Assembly: GCA_023954495.1 (NCBI GenBank) | Contig: JAMLIA010000005.1 | Location: 6,174-70,173, forward strand | Direction: 5' to 3' | DNA: 64,000 bases | Source: Thermomicrobiales bacterium | GTDB taxonomy: Bacteria > Chloroflexota > Chloroflexia > Thermomicrobiales > CFX8 | Part shown: positions 30,549 through 38,562 of the stretch, one piece after another | Layout of the letters: the number at the start of each line of letters is the position of its first letter | Numbering within the stretch: position 1 is the stretch's first letter | Notes under the pieces: generated by a model | Told to the model about the DNA's origin: nothing | Databases searched by the model: none | Seen by the model: the letters and a program-made list of their open reading frames with translations, nothing else | Program-made: the position numbers and the translations under genes

Positions 30549-31020
30549 GAGAGTACTCCGCCAGGAAGCCACGGAACCGCACGTCGAAGCGCTCCGCGTC
30601 GAGCATGTCGAAATAGGCCAGCATGTCAGTGCGCTTGACCTCGCGTTCAGCGCGAATGTCGCGCAGCATGCGATTGATTGTCGGGTGCTCGGCCGCAGGG
30701 CGAGTTCGGCGATAGGCGACGAGCGTTTCGCGCAGGACATCGCAGTCGCGCACGCCGCCCAGCACGTCGGTCAGTTGCTTGATCGTGCGATGGTAGTAGC
30801 GATAGCGCTGGCGTGGGAAGCACTCAACGGCCACGTCCATGGCAGCCCGTAGTCGACGGGAACCGACCCGCATGTCGTGGAGCTGCTCGGGGTCGCGCCC
30901 GAGGAGCGTGCCCGCGCGATACGACATCATCGTGTCGAACCGCTGTTCGATGATCCTCCCGATTGCAATCCGGAACTCAGTCGCGCCATCCATGCCGTCG
31001 AACTGCTCTCGTCGTGCCAT
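30541..31020 (-). CDS. CHAD domain, first half
   Basis: HDMRVGSRRLRAAMDV and LGGVRDCDVL are CHAD repeat motifs. At 159 aa it is about half a normal CHAD domain. Confidence 0.65.
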   Translation of the reverse strand: MARREQFDGMDGATEFRIAIGRIIEQRFDTMMSYRAGTLLGRDPEQLHDMRVGSRRLRAAMDVAVECFPRQRYRYYHRTIKQLTDVLGGVRDCDVLRETLVAYRRTRPAAEHPTINRMLRDIRAEREVKRTDMLAYFDMLDAERFDVRFRGFLAEYSRG

Positions 31021-31069
31021 GGCGTGTCCTCATCTTTGCAACGGTGCGTGCCCTCAGGTTCGGCACAGA

Positions 31070-31723
31070 TCAGAGGATTTCCTTGACCTTCGTCCTGATC
31101 GTCCGGGCAATATCATCTACATCTTCGTTGCCGTCGATAACGGTGAATGCATACGACTGGCTGAGGCGCTCGAACTCGTCGAACACCCGCTGCTGATAGA
31201 TCTGAAACGATTCGGCCGGGTCGCTGCTCAGGCCGAGGTCCATTCCGACTTCGTAGCGGTCGATTGCTTTGACTGGCGTGCTGGGTACGCGATCCTTGGT
31301 CACCTCTGGCGGTACGCGCAAGTAGAACACAGCGTCTGGCTCAGGTGCGAAGCCATATAGCGTTTCCAGCCATGCGTGGTTTGCACCCCGCGCGACATCG
31401 CGGGCGAAGGCGGTGTAGATGTAGCGATCTGCGACCACGATTTCGCCACGCTCCAGTGCGGGGCGAATGACGTTTGCGACGCGATCAGTGAAGTCAGCGG
31501 CGTAGAACAGGCTGAAGGTGATCGGTCGTAGCTCTCCGGCCGCCTTGGCTTTGTGGATCGCCTTCGAGATGTGCGGCGACGTGCTCCAGTCGGTCCGGAT
31601 CGGCTCAATTTCGCGTCGACGCAGCCAATCCAGCAGCAAGCGGACCTGTGTGCTGCGCCCGGAGCGGTCGATGCCTTCGATCACGAACAGGCGTCCTGGA
31701 AGAGCGGGCGCTGCTGCGCTCAT
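31070..31723 (-). CDS. Thymidylate-kinase-fold P-loop protein, paralog B (non-canonical Walker A)
   Basis: LFVIEGIDRSGRSTQ is a P-loop with Arg in place of Lys, followed by ADRYIYTAFARD (DRY motif). Its start shares an ATGA overlap with the upstream stop. Confidence 0.75.
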   Translation of the reverse strand: MSAAAPALPGRLFVIEGIDRSGRSTQVRLLLDWLRRREIEPIRTDWSTSPHISKAIHKAKAAGELRPITFSLFYAADFTDRVANVIRPALERGEIVVADRYIYTAFARDVARGANHAWLETLYGFAPEPDAVFYLRVPPEVTKDRVPSTPVKAIDRYEVGMDLGLSSDPAESFQIYQQRVFDEFERLSQSYAFTVIDGNEDVDDIARTIRTKVKEIL

Positions 31724-32433
31724 GCCGACTCCATCCGTTCCAGCATTCCGGCGACGATCGAGCGTAACTCCAGTTGCTGTTTGCGCACCGGGTCGCGCGC
31801 ATCCAGCGCAACCATGTCGAATGGGCGCACGAATTGCTCGTATTCGGCGACGACGCGCTCCTGGAACTGACGGAACGATCCGAGCTGTCCACGCACTCCG
31901 GCTTGCTCGTCAGCTTCCTCGATCGTCGATTCACCGGCGATTCCCATGACCCGACCTAGCGAGGTATCGGCGTCAATACGCAGATAGACGGACAGATCGG
32001 GTCGGACGGCGAAGCCATAGAGATTGAGGATCCAGTCGATCTCGACGCCGCGCGCGATGTCGCGAGCGAACGCGGTATAGACATAACGATCGGCGAGCAC
32101 GACGTAACCGGCACGCAGGGCGGGGATGACCTCGTTGTCGTTGCGCTCGGCCATGTCGATCGCGTGCAGGATCGAGTAGGTGCGCGCTGCGAGCGTGCGT
32201 TGTCGACGCGCTTCGGCGATTGTCTTGGATACGAGCTTCGAGGAGTTCCAGGACGTGCGGACAACGCCATAGCCCTGCACGCGCAGCCAGGTGTCAAGCA
32301 TGTCGATCTGCGTCGCCCGACCCGACCCGTCGACACCGTCGACGGTGATGAGTGCGCCCGGGAATGTGTGGTGTTCCCAGGACGATGGATTGGCTGGATC
32401 AAGCCGACTGGTCGGCCAGCGATCATCGGTCAT
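31720..32433 (-). CDS. Thymidylate-kinase-fold P-loop protein, paralog A (non-canonical Walker A)
   Basis: LITVDGVDGSGRATQ is a P-loop with Arg in place of Lys, followed by ADRYVYTAFARD. Its start shares an ATGA overlap with the upstream stop. Confidence 0.75.
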   Translation of the reverse strand: MTDDRWPTSRLDPANPSSWEHHTFPGALITVDGVDGSGRATQIDMLDTWLRVQGYGVVRTSWNSSKLVSKTIAEARRQRTLAARTYSILHAIDMAERNDNEVIPALRAGYVVLADRYVYTAFARDIARGVEIDWILNLYGFAVRPDLSVYLRIDADTSLGRVMGIAGESTIEEADEQAGVRGQLGSFRQFQERVVAEYEQFVRPFDMVALDARDPVRKQQLELRSIVAGMLERMESA

Positions 32434-33287
32434 GCGGACCGCTTCTTCCCTTTGCGACGATCGCCCATATCAACGAGAACACGGGACGGGACATCGCCCA
32501 ACGAGTGGAATTCCGCCCTGACACTGCCGTGCTGCTCGATATCGTAAGACAGCAAACCGACCGCCTTGCCGGGCGAGCGATCCAGCAGCGACGGCGCGTT
32601 GACGACGGCCATAACGCGATTGTCGCGGTCAAGCTGCCAGACGTTTACGCGGTGCAGGTGCGCGCAGAGCACGAGGTCGACTCGCGCTTCGAGAAGCAGT
32701 TCGAGGATATCGCCGGCGTTCGGCAGAATGTCGCCCTCCTTCAGCTTCTTGCCCGGCACAGGCATCAGCGACCGATGCGTGCAGAAGATGCGGGTCAGCT
32801 TCGGCGATGAGCCCTCGAAGTACGCTAGTGCGCGATGCAGTGCGTCTTCCGGTATGACTGGTTCGCTATCCAGACCGACGATGCAGGCTTCGCGCGTGCG
32901 GTCGAAGAAGTCGACATCGGCGAAGAAGTCGAGGAACGGCGTGGTACGCGGTCGGTCGTGGTCGTTTTGCTCCAGCGCAGTGTCCGGCGCTGTCAGAAAA
33001 TAATCCAGGTCGGAGTCCGGCGGTCGAGTTGGACCGGGGCCACCAGCGAGGTAATCGCGATTCCCCGGGATCGCCCTGATGCGATCGAGCCCGAGTGAGG
33101 TCAGAAAATCAACCACCGGACCGAACTGCTCGACCAGTCCACGCTGCGTGAGATCGCCGCTCACGATGATCAGATCAGGTTCGAGCTTGTCGATGATCCC
33201 ACGTGCTAATTCCAGGCCGAGATCGACGTCCGGGCCCGGTGCATAGTGAAGGTCAGACAGTTGCACGATACGCAGTTGGCTACTCAC
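32430..33287 (-). CDS. Metallophosphoesterase (calcineurin-like), first gene of the ppk1-divergent operon
   Basis: MPE motifs VQLSDLHY, IVSGDLTQRG, IPGNRDY, CTHRSL and CAHLHRV. Confidence 0.8.
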   Translation of the reverse strand: MSSQLRIVQLSDLHYAPGPDVDLGLELARGIIDKLEPDLIIVSGDLTQRGLVEQFGPVVDFLTSLGLDRIRAIPGNRDYLAGGPGPTRPPDSDLDYFLTAPDTALEQNDHDRPRTTPFLDFFADVDFFDRTREACIVGLDSEPVIPEDALHRALAYFEGSSPKLTRIFCTHRSLMPVPGKKLKEGDILPNAGDILELLLEARVDLVLCAHLHRVNVWQLDRDNRVMAVVNAPSLLDRSPGKAVGLLSYDIEQHGSVRAEFHSLGDVPSRVLVDMGDRRKGKKRSA

Positions 33288-33502
33288 TCTCGATTGAATC
33301 GACCTAAAGCGTAGGACAGATGATACGCTGCAAAAAAGAAGTTTGTGTTAAGCCGCTGCGTCGAGTGTCGGGTACAGTGAATTCAATGGACCTCGGCGCG
33401 GCACCATCTGGCGTACTGGACAGCAGGCGATGCTGCGTCGATCATGCGACGTAAGCCATGTGGCACGTAGCTCGTGCCGCGACCGTGGTGAGATTCAGCA
33501 CG

Positions 33503-35662
33503 ATGACAAAGAGACGGCGACCCGTGACGAGCAGACGAGACCGAGCCAATGCCGCGGCGTTGAAAGCGCCGGAGCTGTACATCAACCGTGAGCTGAGTTG
33601 GCTGGAGTTCAATCGGCGCGTCCTCGAAGAGGCGCAGGACACAGGCAACCCGCTGCTGGAGCGCGCGAAGTTTCTCTCAATCTTCTCGTCCAATCTCGAT
33701 GAGTTCTTCATGGTGCGAGTTGCAGGAATCGTCGGTCAGGTGCGTGCCGGCGATGACACGGCTGCTCGCGATGGTCTCACCCCTGCGGAACAGCTATCGG
33801 CGATCAAGCTGCTGGCCACCGAGATGTCAGTCCGCCAGCGCGAATGCTGGCACGGCGAGATCGTCCCGGCGTTGCGCGAGCACGGTGTGCATATCGAGAC
33901 GTACGCAACGCTCTCAGGGCGCGACCGGCGCTCGCTGACCCGCTACTTCGAGCGGCAGATCTTCCCGGTGCTGACGCCGCTGGCGGTTGACTCCGGCCAC
34001 CCGTTCCCGCACATCTCGAATCGCAGCCTGAATCTGCTGATCCTCATTGAGGACGAACTGGGACGCCACATTGCGCGGATGAAGATTCCGCCGGTTCTGC
34101 CACGCTTCGTTCAGATCCCCGATGCTGACGGCGGGCCGCCGCCGAGTTCTCGGCGCAAGCTCCGCTACGTGATGCTGGAAGACATCATCGAAGCGAACCT
34201 CGATCAACTGTTCCCCGGCAAGCAGATTCAGAGTAGCTACTCTTTCCGTGTCACCCGCGATGCAGATTTCGAGGTCGCCGCCTCAACCGGCGACAGCCTG
34301 CTCAAGGCGATAGAACGTGAGCTCGATCAGCGTCTATTTGGCTTCCCCGTGCGGTTGACTGTTGACGACTCAATGCCGGCGGAGCTGCGCACCTGGCTCG
34401 CAGATCAGCTCGGCGCGGCAGAGACAGATGTCTATATGATGGATCGTCCGCACGGTCTGTCGGATGTCATCGAGCTGTATTCAATTGATCGTCCAGCGTT
34501 GAAGGACAAGGCGTTTGTGCCGCGCTATCCGGAAGTCCTGAGCCAGGCAGATTCGATCTTCCAGGCGATCCGCAAGCAGGATGTGCTCCTGTATCACCCG
34601 TACGATTCGTTCGCGCCGGTTGTCGATTTCGTGCGTCAGGCCGCGTCCGATGAGGATGTCGTCGCGTTCAAGCAGACGCTCTATCGCGTCGGTGCGCACT
34701 CGCCGCTGGTCGATGCGCTGATGGAAGCACGCGACGACGAAACGCAGATCGCAGTGCTGGTGGAGTTGCGTGCCCGCTTCGATGAAGAGAGCAACATCAA
34801 CTGGGCGCGGTCGATGGAGGCCGAGGGCATCCACGTTGCCTATGGCCTGCCCAAGCTGAAGACGCACTGCAAGATCGCGATGGTTGTCCGCCGCGAGGGT
34901 AACGATTTGCGGCAGTACATTCATCTCGGAACCGGTAACTACAATGTCGCGACGTCGAGAATCTATACCGATCTGGGGCTGATGACCTGCGATCCGGACA
35001 TCGCCGCGGACGTCACGGATGTCTTCAATTATTTGACCGGCTATTCGGCGCAGACCGAATATCGCAAGCTCCTCGTCGCACCGGTGAACCTGCGAACCAG
35101 CCTGATAGCGCTGATCGAGCGCGAGATGACGTTTGGCTCCAAGGGCCGCATCATCATGAAGGCCAACGCGCTATCCGATTATGGGATTGCTGAGGCGCTC
35201 TATCGCGCCGCGAAAGCCGGGGTGCAGATCGATCTCATCATCCGCGGCATCTGCGTCTTGCGCCCCGGAATCGAGGGACTGAGCGAGAACATCCGCGTCG
35301 TCAGCATTGTCGGCCGCTTCCTTGAGCACGTCAGATTGTTCTACTTCAAGCACGCAGGACCGGACGGCAAGGAGTGCATGTACGCAGGCAGCGCCGACCT
35401 GATGCGTCGCAACCTCGACTATCGGGTCGAGATCCTCTTCCCGATTCAGGATCGCTCGATCCTGGAGCGCCTGCGCGACGGCATTCTGGAGTTGCAGTTG
35501 CGCGACAACGTGCGTGCCCGTGAGCTCCAGCGCGATGGGTCATATGTGCGTTTGTCGCCAAAGGATGGCGAAGCGCCACTCGATTCACAACTGGTACATC
35601 TGAACTATGAGCCGAGCGCCGCCGCTCGCGCGTTCATCACTGCGCGGCAGGACCCTGATTAG
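33503..35662 (+). CDS. ppk: Polyphosphate kinase 1
   Basis: YINRELSWLEFNRRVLEEA, SNLDEFFMVRV, and two PLD-like C-terminal domains (KTHCKIAMVVR, GRFLEHVRLFYF). The ATG at 33503 (MTKRRRP) is chosen as the start. Confidence 0.9.
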   Translation: MTKRRRPVTSRRDRANAAALKAPELYINRELSWLEFNRRVLEEAQDTGNPLLERAKFLSIFSSNLDEFFMVRVAGIVGQVRAGDDTAARDGLTPAEQLSAIKLLATEMSVRQRECWHGEIVPALREHGVHIETYATLSGRDRRSLTRYFERQIFPVLTPLAVDSGHPFPHISNRSLNLLILIEDELGRHIARMKIPPVLPRFVQIPDADGGPPPSSRRKLRYVMLEDIIEANLDQLFPGKQIQSSYSFRVTRDADFEVAASTGDSLLKAIERELDQRLFGFPVRLTVDDSMPAELRTWLADQLGAAETDVYMMDRPHGLSDVIELYSIDRPALKDKAFVPRYPEVLSQADSIFQAIRKQDVLLYHPYDSFAPVVDFVRQAASDEDVVAFKQTLYRVGAHSPLVDALMEARDDETQIAVLVELRARFDEESNINWARSMEAEGIHVAYGLPKLKTHCKIAMVVRREGNDLRQYIHLGTGNYNVATSRIYTDLGLMTCDPDIAADVTDVFNYLTGYSAQTEYRKLLVAPVNLRTSLIALIEREMTFGSKGRIIMKANALSDYGIAEALYRAAKAGVQIDLIIRGICVLRPGIEGLSENIRVVSIVGRFLEHVRLFYFKHAGPDGKECMYAGSADLMRRNLDYRVEILFPIQDRSILERLRDGILELQLRDNVRARELQRDGSYVRLSPKDGEAPLDSQLVHLNYEPSAAARAFITARQDPD

Positions 35663-35837
35663 CGTCGGTTGTCTCGTCCGCTGCAGGTAACCTGCCGAAC
35701 TGTGCGAGCAGGTCCAGCAGCTCATGCTCGCGCAGGGCGAGGGTTGCACGGGCGTCCTCCAATGCCTGGAGAGCGTCGGCCAGGCGTTGCTCGGCGGCGG
35801 CGATCCTCGCGTCAGCGTCTTCGGCGTTGGACGTCAT
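35637..35837 (-). CDS. Small Ala/Leu/Glu-rich (coiled-coil-like) hypothetical protein (66 aa)
   Basis: Its ATG overlaps the stop of the upstream CitE-like gene (ATGA at 35834-35837). It overlaps the ppk1 3' end convergently by 26 nt. Confidence 0.4.
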   Translation of the reverse strand: MTSNAEDADARIAAAEQRLADALQALEDARATLALREHELLDLLAQFGRLPAADETTDANQGPAAQ

Positions 35838-36676
35838 GCGGACTGCCTGCTCGCGCGCGCCAGCAGCGCGCGGGCACGCTCGGCGACAGGCGGATCTACC
35901 ATCGCGCCATCGACCGACACGGCACCGTGGCCCTCGTGGACAGCGGCGTCGTACGCCTCAACGATCCGGCGAGCTTTGTCGACCTCGTCGCTCGACGGAG
36001 CGAAGGCGACGTGAATCGTCGGAATCTGCGCCGGATGGATCGCGAACTTGCCGTCGAAACCCATCGCTGCCGCCATCTCGCATTCGCGTTGCAGTGGCGC
36101 GGTGTCACGGAATTCCGGGCAGATGCTGTCCCACGCTGCGATCCCCGCCGCCCGCGCGGCCAGTAGCAGCATCCAGCGGGCAGCCTGTAGCTCTGCGCCG
36201 TCGGGCGTCCGCCGCATGCCGATCGAAGCGCTGAGGTCTTCTCCGCCCAGGAAGAGGCCGGTGACACCAATGGCATCGGCGAACGCTTCGGCGTGGAGCA
36301 GGGATCGAGGCGTCTCGATGTTGACAACGAGATCGCGGCCGACAGCGAGGCGACGAACTGGCTCGAGCTCGATCACACGATCGACCTTTGGCACGACGAG
36401 AGTGACATCGGCGTGGTCGGTAACCGCGCGCAAGTCGTCTTCAACGCAGCCGAAGCGTGGCGCATTGATCCGCACGAAGCGTTGCACAGGCGAGCCCGTC
36501 GGCCAGTCGGCGAGCGCCGCTGCGACGTGCCGGCGGGCCTCTTCCTTCTTCGCTAGCGGCACGCTGTCTTCCAGATCGAGGACGACAGCGTCAGCACCGC
36601 GCTCGGTCGCCTTGGCCAGCATTTCCTGCCGGTGGCCGGGCACGAAGAGGAGTGATCGGGGCAGAGGGATTGTCAT
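35834..36676 (-). CDS. HpcH/HpaI aldolase / citrate lyase beta subunit (CitE)-like lyase
   Basis: SLLFVPGHRQEMLAKA...ADAVVLDLEDSV is a CitE/malyl-CoA lyase-type N-terminus. The ATG at 36676 is chosen as the start. Confidence 0.8.
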   Translation of the reverse strand: MTIPLPRSLLFVPGHRQEMLAKATERGADAVVLDLEDSVPLAKKEEARRHVAAALADWPTGSPVQRFVRINAPRFGCVEDDLRAVTDHADVTLVVPKVDRVIELEPVRRLAVGRDLVVNIETPRSLLHAEAFADAIGVTGLFLGGEDLSASIGMRRTPDGAELQAARWMLLLAARAAGIAAWDSICPEFRDTAPLQRECEMAAAMGFDGKFAIHPAQIPTIHVAFAPSSDEVDKARRIVEAYDAAVHEGHGAVSVDGAMVDPPVAERARALLARASRQSA

Positions 36677-36681
36677 CGTCT

Positions 36682-37161
36682 TTACGAGCCCGGTGGTTCG
36701 CGTTCCAGGATGATTGTTGTGCCGCCACACTTCGGGCACACGCTCAGCCGCTCGAAGCCGCGAGTGTAGTAGCCGCACGATTCGCACGACCAGCGGGTCA
36801 CGGCGAACAGGCGAACGAGGTCGGAGCGCGAGATGATCCCGACGACCTGCGCATCCCGCACGACCGGAACGCGGCGAACGTGCTGGCTGATCAGGATTCG
36901 TGCAACTGCCTCGGCGTCGGTGTCTTCGCCGACACTCAGGACGTCGCGAGTCATGATATCGGCAACTGTCGTGCCCTCTTTGGCGATGATGTCGAACTCG
37001 GTCACCATGCCAACCAGGCGCTTGTCCTCAACGACTGGCATACCGGAAATACGTTCGGTGAACAGTGTTCGGGCGGCCGACTCAATTGGTGTATCCGGGG
37101 TCACGGTCATGACCTCGCTGGTCATGATCTCGGTGACCAGCGTCCTGCTAGCAACCGACAT
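36682..37161 (-). CDS. CBS-pair domain protein with C-terminal Zn-ribbon
   Basis: Two CBS repeats (IMTSEVMTV...GMPVV and IMTRDVLSV...RRVPVV), then CESCG...CPKCGG. Confidence 0.8.
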   Translation of the reverse strand: MSVASRTLVTEIMTSEVMTVTPDTPIESAARTLFTERISGMPVVEDKRLVGMVTEFDIIAKEGTTVADIMTRDVLSVGEDTDAEAVARILISQHVRRVPVVRDAQVVGIISRSDLVRLFAVTRWSCESCGYYTRGFERLSVCPKCGGTTIILEREPPGS

Positions 37162-37323
37162 AGTCCCATCTCCTCACGCTGTACCTGTTTCATCGTTGCA
37201 GGTGATTGACACGGGGAGCGTATCACTCACGACGCGAGGCAACGCACGAACGCCGCCACGCGGATTGAGTCCTATCATGATGGGATATTCGCGACAGTAC
37301 GGCAAGGTGAACACCGAAACTGG

Positions 37324-38547
37324 TCAGTTGTCCGCGGCCGCCTCGGGCAGCTCCGTTCGGAGAGCTTCGATGTTTTGCCGCATCACGGCGAGCATGTCCT
37401 TGCGTAAGCCGCGCGATGCTGTCGCCACGTCGTTGAGGATTTGCGATAGCGAGCGCGGGTCATCGGCAAGGATGTCGCCGACCTCGTCGTGGAGCGCGCT
37501 GCGGAACGCACTCTCCAGACCGCCACGAACAATTCGCAGCACCTTGTTGTCGCCGCCAAGTCCTGCCTTCTCGATCTCGGCGCGAACTTCGCGGATGCGG
37601 ATCGGCAGAGTTGCGACTTCGCCAATTGCGGTGCGGGCTCGAACTTGTGGCTCCACGTCCATCGACCACCGTTCGACGACCTCGAACGCGTTCGTCGCCC
37701 GTTCGGCGCGCATCGTGACTGCTGCCGCGACCATACCGGGTTCGGGCTCCGACGCTGGCTCGCTGGTCAGCAACGGCCGATGCTCTTCACCCCACAGATA
37801 GAAGCAGGCGCAACTGAGGCGGAAGTAGTAAATCGCCGAAATCAGGTTGTTGCGCGGCGTCACCGGTAGCTCATCAATGCGGGCCAGCGGGCCGATCAGC
37901 CGGCTCTCCGGAAGCCCGACGAAAAGCTGATCCGGACGTGGCGGAATCGTTACGACCTCGGACCGGTCTACTGTCGCGCGTCGACCAGTCGTGACGCGGC
38001 GCAGCAGGTGTTCGCTCATCTCCGATTCCGGCGAGAGGAAGACGCCACGGACAATGCGTGGAGCCGAGAGGCCATGCGCAGCGCGCGTCTCATCGACGAT
38101 CTGGTGCGCGGCACCGCCGACATCAAGCAGGTTGCTGACGACCGCCGCACTGACCTGGCTCGGTCGGATCCGATCCGGTGCGAATTTGGCGTCGGCTGCC
38201 TGGAGAATTGGTTGGTCTTTGCCCCGTTGCGTGCCAATCAGCAGAAAATCCGGGTTCTCAAGCTGATGACGATTTGCTTCCTTCGAAACTTCCGGGACAT
38301 CGTCGAGCCGCATCACCGAAACGATTCGATAGGCGTCGTCGTGAGGGATGGGCCACTCGGTGCCCTCGGCATCGCGGAGCACCTCGGCACAACGAATTGC
38401 CCAGCGATCACCGATGTGGCGGCTGGCACCTCCGCGGTCGCTCCAGATCATGAGTTGGCGGTCGAGTGCGGCAGCCATGAGGTGACCACCTGGTAGGCGC
38501 GTCGATCGGACATTCTCTCCGTCGCCCGCGCGATGATGTCCCGCCAT
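37324..38547 (-). CDS. Hypothetical protein (407 aa) with PD-(D/E)xK-like motif
   Basis: The long ORF starts at an ATG 11 nt after AGGAGG and only 15 nt after the RidA stop. ENPDFLLIG...ILQAADAKF resembles a restriction-endonuclease-fold core. No family recognised. Confidence 0.6.
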   Translation of the reverse strand: MAGHHRAGDGENVRSTRLPGGHLMAAALDRQLMIWSDRGGASRHIGDRWAIRCAEVLRDAEGTEWPIPHDDAYRIVSVMRLDDVPEVSKEANRHQLENPDFLLIGTQRGKDQPILQAADAKFAPDRIRPSQVSAAVVSNLLDVGGAAHQIVDETRAAHGLSAPRIVRGVFLSPESEMSEHLLRRVTTGRRATVDRSEVVTIPPRPDQLFVGLPESRLIGPLARIDELPVTPRNNLISAIYYFRLSCACFYLWGEEHRPLLTSEPASEPEPGMVAAAVTMRAERATNAFEVVERWSMDVEPQVRARTAIGEVATLPIRIREVRAEIEKAGLGGDNKVLRIVRGGLESAFRSALHDEVGDILADDPRSLSQILNDVATASRGLRKDMLAVMRQNIEALRTELPEAAADN

Positions 38548-38562
38548 GTAGGTTTTGGCCTC

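Noticed and set aside
33466-33490. TGGCAC (sigma54 -24-like) upstream of ppk1, with similar hits at about 41659 and 46187
   Set aside because: The GC of the -12 element is not at the required spacing (TGGCAC-N5-TTGC). The 33466 copy is half of a simple hairpin ggcacg/cgtgcc, and the 41659 copy is inside a coding region.
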